64,000 nucleotides of DNA, from assembly GCF_009914755.1 (NCBI RefSeq), contig NC_060946.1; one strand, written 5' to 3'. Positions within the stretch are counted from its first letter, which is position 1; the number at the start of each line of letters is the position of its first letter. The position numbers were made by a program, and so were the translations under genes. The notes under the pieces are model-generated. The model had not been told where the DNA came from. It was given only the letters and a program-made list of their open reading frames with translations, and searched no databases. This stretch comes from the human T2T-CHM13v2.0 reference genome, Homo sapiens. Shown piece by piece: positions 56,381 through 64,000 of the stretch.

Positions 56381-57569
56381 TGAAGTTTTATCCCCCCAAA
56401 ACAAATTTCTCAAAGTGGAATGACTTGATTAAAAGGCATGTACATTTTTATGATTTTTTCATACATGTTTCTGAAATCCAGTCTCCCTCGGGCAGCCCCC
56501 GAGAATGCCCGCTACTCCCCATCAACCTCTGGTGCCCCCAATTCAGCTTCACCCTCCCATTTCACAGCAATCTGGGCCCCTGGGTGGCTTAAACCTGTGC
56601 CTCCTCCAGGTTCCTCACCTCCCCTGGACCTGGCTACCCCCACTCTCCGCCCTGGGCCTCCCTCCTCTAATCTGCTCTACACCAGCCTCTCATCAGAAGC
56701 ACACAAATCTGATGATCAGTCTCCTACCCAAATCCCTCCAGAGACTCCTCCTGGATCTGAGGATAAAGGCGGGCCACAAGGACCCTGTGGTCTGTCAGCC
56801 TCTCCCTCCGTGTCCCCCAGGAGCTCCCCGCCACAGCCCTTGGTCTCCTCTCCACTGGCACTGCTGCCTTTGAGGGGCGCCCAGCACCAGCCAGTGCTGC
56901 TTGATCTGTGAGACCAGTATTGGCATCCCCCCACTGCAGAGGGGGGACCCCCTCCCCCTTTATTGCTCCAAAAATGGGCCATGATCTGTCCTCCTGACTG
57001 CACAGTCCCCCTGCGTTTGGCCCACCCTCCCTGTGTCCCCCAGCCTGGCCCCTAGTAAGCCTTTATGAGCAAGACGATGAGTGGATGGCCTTGGGGGAGA
57101 CGAAGCCAAGCCCTTGCTGCCTTCTGGGGACACTTTGCAGACCACCACTTCCCTTGGGCATTTTGTTTAAAATACAGGATGTGCTGACATGATCCCAGTG
57201 TTAACTGTTCATCAAAAAAGCCCAGGGCTGTCCTTGCTCATCCCTCTCCTGTTCCCCCTTCTCCTGAATCTGTCCTCATATCAGTCAAACTGCCTGGGTC
57301 ACCACAACACCCTCCATGGGGTGTCTCTAGTTCTGGATTCACACCCCTGCCCACCCATCCAACTCTGGTCTCATCGATTCCCTGCAAACAGCCTCCAGGA
57401 CTCCCCAGATGAGTCTGTCCTCCAGGGATGAGTTCTCTGGGTCTGGGCCTGGCACCTGTCTAGCCTGCTCTCAGACCACCTTGGCCCCAGGACTCACTTG
57501 GTCCAGCCCTGTGGGCCGCCTGGAGCTTCTCGAGGCTCTATGCCTGGGAGTCCCCTGCCAGGTGTCCCC

Positions 57570-59540
<1,971 letters not shown>

Positions 59541-61380
59541 CCAGCTGGGAGGAGCCAGGTGGGGCCTGTTTATGGGGGAGCCTTGCCTCATTGTACTTCT
59601 CCCAGTACCTGTACCCGAGCTGTGCCATGTGATGCCCCCCTTCCCATAGAGCCCCAGGTCCCTTCAAGACCCCTTGGCCAGAGCCTATGGCTTCCCATTG
59701 GCGTCGGTTGGGGCGCAGCTCTTTTTGGTGTGTGAGACACTGGCCTCCACTCTAGGTCTTCCATCTCGGAGTCGAACCCAAGCTCTTCTCAAAGGCTGGT
59801 CTGACCAGGCGTGAGTCTCCAACTCCTTTGAAATATTTGGGGTGGGAAGCGGGGGCTTTCTTGGCTCCCCTACTCTGGGGCAGTGGTAGGGAAGAGCGGA
59901 GGGTCTCCTGGTGTGCCTGGGCCCCACAGCAGTGAGGTGCGGGATCTCCCAGGGCTGGCTGCTGCCTCTCAGGCCACTGTGCCCTGCTACGGCAGATGCC
60001 CCCTGAGATGCCAGCGACCAAAGGCTGGCCCTCCCTGGGTCCTCTGCGCCTGCCCTCTCATTCAACTGCTGACATGGCTGTCACCCACCCACAGCCTCCT
60101 GCTGGCTTCTCAGGCCCCTGGCCAGGCAGCTTCGTGGGGTGATGGGGAACTTACAAGTTCTCCTGTCAAACCCACCAAGTTGCTCTGCAAAATCCTTCCT
60201 GCACCCTGCAGGCCAACCAGCATGGGAGGGGGTGTGGCCGGTCCACCCTCAGTGCCCTTTCCTGTTGTGCAGGGGCCCACGATGTCATCAGCAAGGGTCT
60301 GATCCGCTCACTGATGTGGAAGCTGTAGAGGGAGGAGCGTTCCGGGAGCTCGTCCTGGACCCGCTGTCTCCTGCCTGCAGGAGGATGCAGGAGAGGGTCT
60401 GGCACCTCCACCCCATGAGGAAGGCGAGAACAGGAGAAGCACTGGTGACGATCCTGACACCCAGTGGTCACTGAGTGTGTCCTGTGTGCCAGGCATTGTC
60501 TCCAAACCTCACATTTAGACAACCCTCCAGGGAGGCGATGTCTGCCTTCACAGGTGAGGAAACGGAGGCACAGTGTCTTGTGTCTCAGTCCAGGTCACAT
60601 AGGATCACAGTCTACATCCTGGCCTCAAAACTGGGGGAGCACAAAGACTCAGAGCTTGCAGTGGTTGGGGAGTGTTCCCACACTGGGACCCTCATTGTGA
60701 GGATGGGCCAGTCACCGACCCCCAGAGTCCCTGCCTTGGCCGTGGCCATGTCCTCTTGCTGGCGGGGGCGGGGGGGGGCCTCTTGCCTTCCCTAAGTCCA
60801 GGTTTCTCTTTCTTCTGAGAGTCTCATTAGAGGCCCGGGTATTTCTCCAAGTGTGGCCCCTGAACCAGACCCTGGGTGGTCTGTGGAAATGCATGTTCCC
60901 AGGCCCCATCCCCGCCCCATCATTCTTAGGTTTGCACAGAGGTCCCTTTCCATGGGATCAGGAGAGTGGCTTTCCAGGAGAGAACTTTCTCTCTGAAAAT
61001 GCAGCCTCCCCAGCCTCCCTGCATCCTCCTATGTCCACTGTGACCACCATCCTTGCCATCACTTTCTGTGTCATCCCCAAGGGGAGCTCCTGAGGACAAG
61101 GCTTTGCTCTGTTTGCTGCTCCAGACCCAAAGGTCACAGCAGGGGAGCTTTGGCCCCAAGTTGAGAATTACCTGGCCCAAAAGACTGCTGAGGTGGGGAA
61201 ACCCAGCTCTTGCCTCAGCATCTCGCTGCATGAATGAATCAGGGAATCCCTGCAGCAGTGGGACAGGGTGGCACCTCCCTTTGAGACTCTGCAGGCACCA
61301 GGGTCAAAAGAGGGCTAGGGTGAGAGGGGGTGAGAAGAGGCCCCCCCAGGCTGTTAGAAATTCCGTGTTGGTGGCCTGCC

Positions 61381-61690
61381 GAGAAGTAGGTGGCCCTGGA
61401 CGCACAAGCCATCAGCCTGCTCCTGAAGCTGCTACACTCATGCATGGGCAGGGTGTGCCTGAAGGCCACCAAGGCCCTCACCATGCTGCCAGAGGCCCCT
61501 GAGGGCTGCAAGGTCCTGCAGGCCCATATGCACACCTTCCGTGTCCTGGAGGAGGACTCTGACAGCAAGGCTTATGAGGGCGAGGCCTTATAGAAGGTGA
61601 CCCAGATCGCCATCGATGTCATTGAGTGGAAACCCTGAGCCCCTCATTGGGTCAGACCTGATCAGCCACCTCTGCACCTGAATAAATGCA
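61381..61690 (+). pseudogene. Decayed duplicate of the RSPH14 (RTDR1) terminal exon, with its polyA signal
   Basis: Translation [83 protein letters not shown] aligns to the RSPH14 C-terminus as I recall it (GKYAALEAQAIGLLLELLH...[16 protein letters not shown]...IAISVIEFKP*). Premature TAGs at 61387 and 61591; AATAAA at 61681. Confidence 0.8.
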
Positions 61691-61999
61691 CTCAGTCTCT
61701 TTATTTCAAGTGGGAATGGCACTTTCTGCTCGTGGAGCACAGTCACGTCTCTTCTCACTCTCTTGCCAAAGGAGAAATGCCAGGCCCAGAAGCACTGGGT
61801 CCTGGATGGTACAGGCCAAACCTAGTGCTGGCGGTGGGTGGGAAGCAGCCTTGGACTTTTTCTCTCTGCTGGGACCAAGAGTTTTCCTCAGAATGTAGAG
61901 AGGATTGAGACCTCCAGGGGCAAAGCTGGGGACCCTGCAGCACGCGCTGGCCTGCCCTTTGGGTCAGCACCCTGGTCAGCTCCACAGAAGGGCTTCACC
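61687..61999 (-). other. DRICH1: Probable DRICH1 (C22orf43) terminal exon: last coding bases GG + TGA, then 3'UTR
   Basis: Acceptor TCTCTTCATCCAG|GG TGA at 62001-61995 and minus-strand AATAAA (TTTATT at 61700-61705). The assignment relies on recalled gene order and the C-terminal Gly; upstream exons lie outside the window. Confidence 0.6.
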
Positions 62000-64000
62000 C
62001 TGGATGAAGAGATAATCCCTTTTTAGTGAGAGCAGGCTCCCAGCTTTGTGCACTATGACATCATCCCACTAAGCAGCCTCCACGCCAGCATCCCTGGGCT
62101 CCCGCCTCTGCAGTCCAGGCTGAGGAGAAATTACAGATGCGGAAACTCATCAGCCAGGGACAGAGGTGCCTCTGTTACAAGGGGAGGGCCAGGAACACAG
62201 CCTATGTTGGGACCTAGAAGTCCTGAGCCCCACACCCTTGCCTCCATTCTCCAAGGCCCATTTACCGTTATCAGCTTCTGGGATTTAAGAAACTGCTGTC
62301 GGGAGAGGTATGGGAGCCAGCCTGGAAGAGGCAACTGGTCATTCAACTGTAGCCCAGAGGCACAAACTGACACCCCAGACAGCTGAGTTTGGACAAGGGC
62401 AGAGGGACAGCCAGTGGCTATAAGCCCACACTATGGAGGGAGGCTGCTGTGTTGAGACCCCCAGCTCTACACTGACTGTTTATCTGTGGAGTCTGGGGCA
62501 AGTTGATTAACTGCTCAGTGCCTCAGTTTCACTAGCTCTAAAGTGGGGCGAGTAATTGTGCCTATCATAAATGGGTATGATTTTGGCAGTGCCGGGGGCA
62601 TCATACTGAAAATAAGTGCCTTGTACATTGTGGGTACCCAGGAAGCCAGTTTACAGCCCCTCAGAGGAGACCCATCAGCAGGCATCTGAGGGAGCCTGGA
62701 GCCCTGCATCCTGCAGGTGCCTGGGGTCTTGTGCCCAGGAGAAGCTGCTCCCTCACTCCACAGCAGTCTACAGAGCACCCCCTGACCAGGGGTACACCTG
62801 TTTGTGCAGGTGTCAGCAGGGAGCCCTGGGCCTCTCTGGGCTCTGACTTTCCCTGGCAGGACTGTAGAGGGCCCAGAACCCTGCCTTCTCCCAGCCAGGC
62901 CCTTCCCTCCCTTCCCCAAACTCACGGCCTCCTCACCGCTCTCTGCCTCAGATTCAGGACTAATCTCACTACGTCCTTCATCCCTGTTTGCATCAGGGGC
63001 TGCAAGAAGCTCAGCTCACCTCTCCCTCAAGGCCATGAATACTCCTTTTCTGACCCCATCTGCTGCAACCTTTTCTCCAAGCCCTCTGGAGGCCCTCCCT
63101 GGAACATTCTTTCCTTTCTTGCTTGGACTGAAACCTAGCTCTCCCAAGACCTGCTTCCCCTCCCTGGGCATCCTCCTATGTGGGGCTGCTTTCCTCCCTC
63201 CCTGCCCCTCATGCCTTCACTGGAGTGGGACAGGTCCTTACGAACCATCTCCTATGCCCGTTCTGAGGAGCCCTCTGGTTCTGAATCCCTGCACAAGCTC
63301 TGTTGCCCTGGCCGTCTCTCCTCCCCAGCACCACACCACCAGATTGCTCTTGTAGGGCACGACGTGGTCTCCATGTGGCTGAGCCCAACCGCCAGTCCTC
63401 AGGCCTCATGTTTCTTTGGTCATGAGGATTTCCTCACCTCACCACCTCCCCGTCCCTGAAACACTTCCAGGAAATGAGGCCACTTCTCTGCAATTTTGGT
63501 TGTTCAGTAATGTGCTATTGTGCTCTTTAAGAAACTGATACACATCTTGGTGTGTTTAAGCCTTTAGGGAAGTGGGAGGATACTGGGGGCTGCTGTGTGA
63601 GCACCTCTATGCCATACCAAGTAAGACCAGTGAGGGAAACTGGACCGCTAAGCTGCAGGGCTACCTCCCCCTCCAGGATGCTTTTCACATCTTCCAAGAT
63701 CCCCTCACTGGAGATCTTCCATGGCCTGGACTCATCTTAGGCCTCCCTGTTCTGTCCATGTGCTACTGGGGTGCCTGCCGATCAGATAATTGGTGATGCT
63801 GTCACTGAACTGACTGCCCGCGGGGACTCGTGGTCTTTGGCATTCCAGGCTCCACCACAGTCTCTGCATCCACAGGCAACTGTGGTCCTGGCTGCTCTCT
63901 GCTGTTAGGTTTCCCTTCCATTTTTACTTATTGCCTAAAGAACTTCATACAAAACTCTACTTAAAAGCAGTTTATTCCACAGTCCCACATAGAACACATC

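Overview
This is human genomic DNA, recognisable as the chr22q11.23 IGLL1 neighbourhood; the locus assignment comes from my recall of the protein sequences, not from a search. The only complete protein-coding gene is IGLL1 (lambda5 surrogate light chain) on the minus strand: three exons (33409-33204, 28301-28186, 26804-26485), 642 nt, 213 aa, canonical GT-AG splice sites, polyA signal at 26366, and an EBF/E-box-rich promoter. The left end is a HERV-K(HML-2) LTR5B-type LTR interrupted by a MER11 LTR, probably the 3' end of the PCAT14 provirus. The right end has a probable terminal exon of DRICH1 (minus strand) tail-to-tail with a decayed copy of the RSPH14 last exon (plus strand). The rest is Alu/L1/LTR-rich, with a 5'-truncated SVA, a 3.1-kb (TCCA)n-like tract whose long ORFs are artefacts, and an orphan CpG island. 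The most notable unexplained structures are: (i) a ~2-kb ancient paralog of IGLL1 intron 1 plus the 3' end of exon 1, 26 kb upstream, with an intact in-phase splice donor; (ii) a fossil J-lambda recombination signal inside IGLL1 exon 2; (iii) a triplicated EBF-site module; (iv) a perfect 12x44-bp Alu-derived minisatellite; (v) fold-back Alu-tail palindromes. I see no CRISPR array, RNA gene or prokaryote-type system. Nearly all supplied ORFs are non-coding noise.
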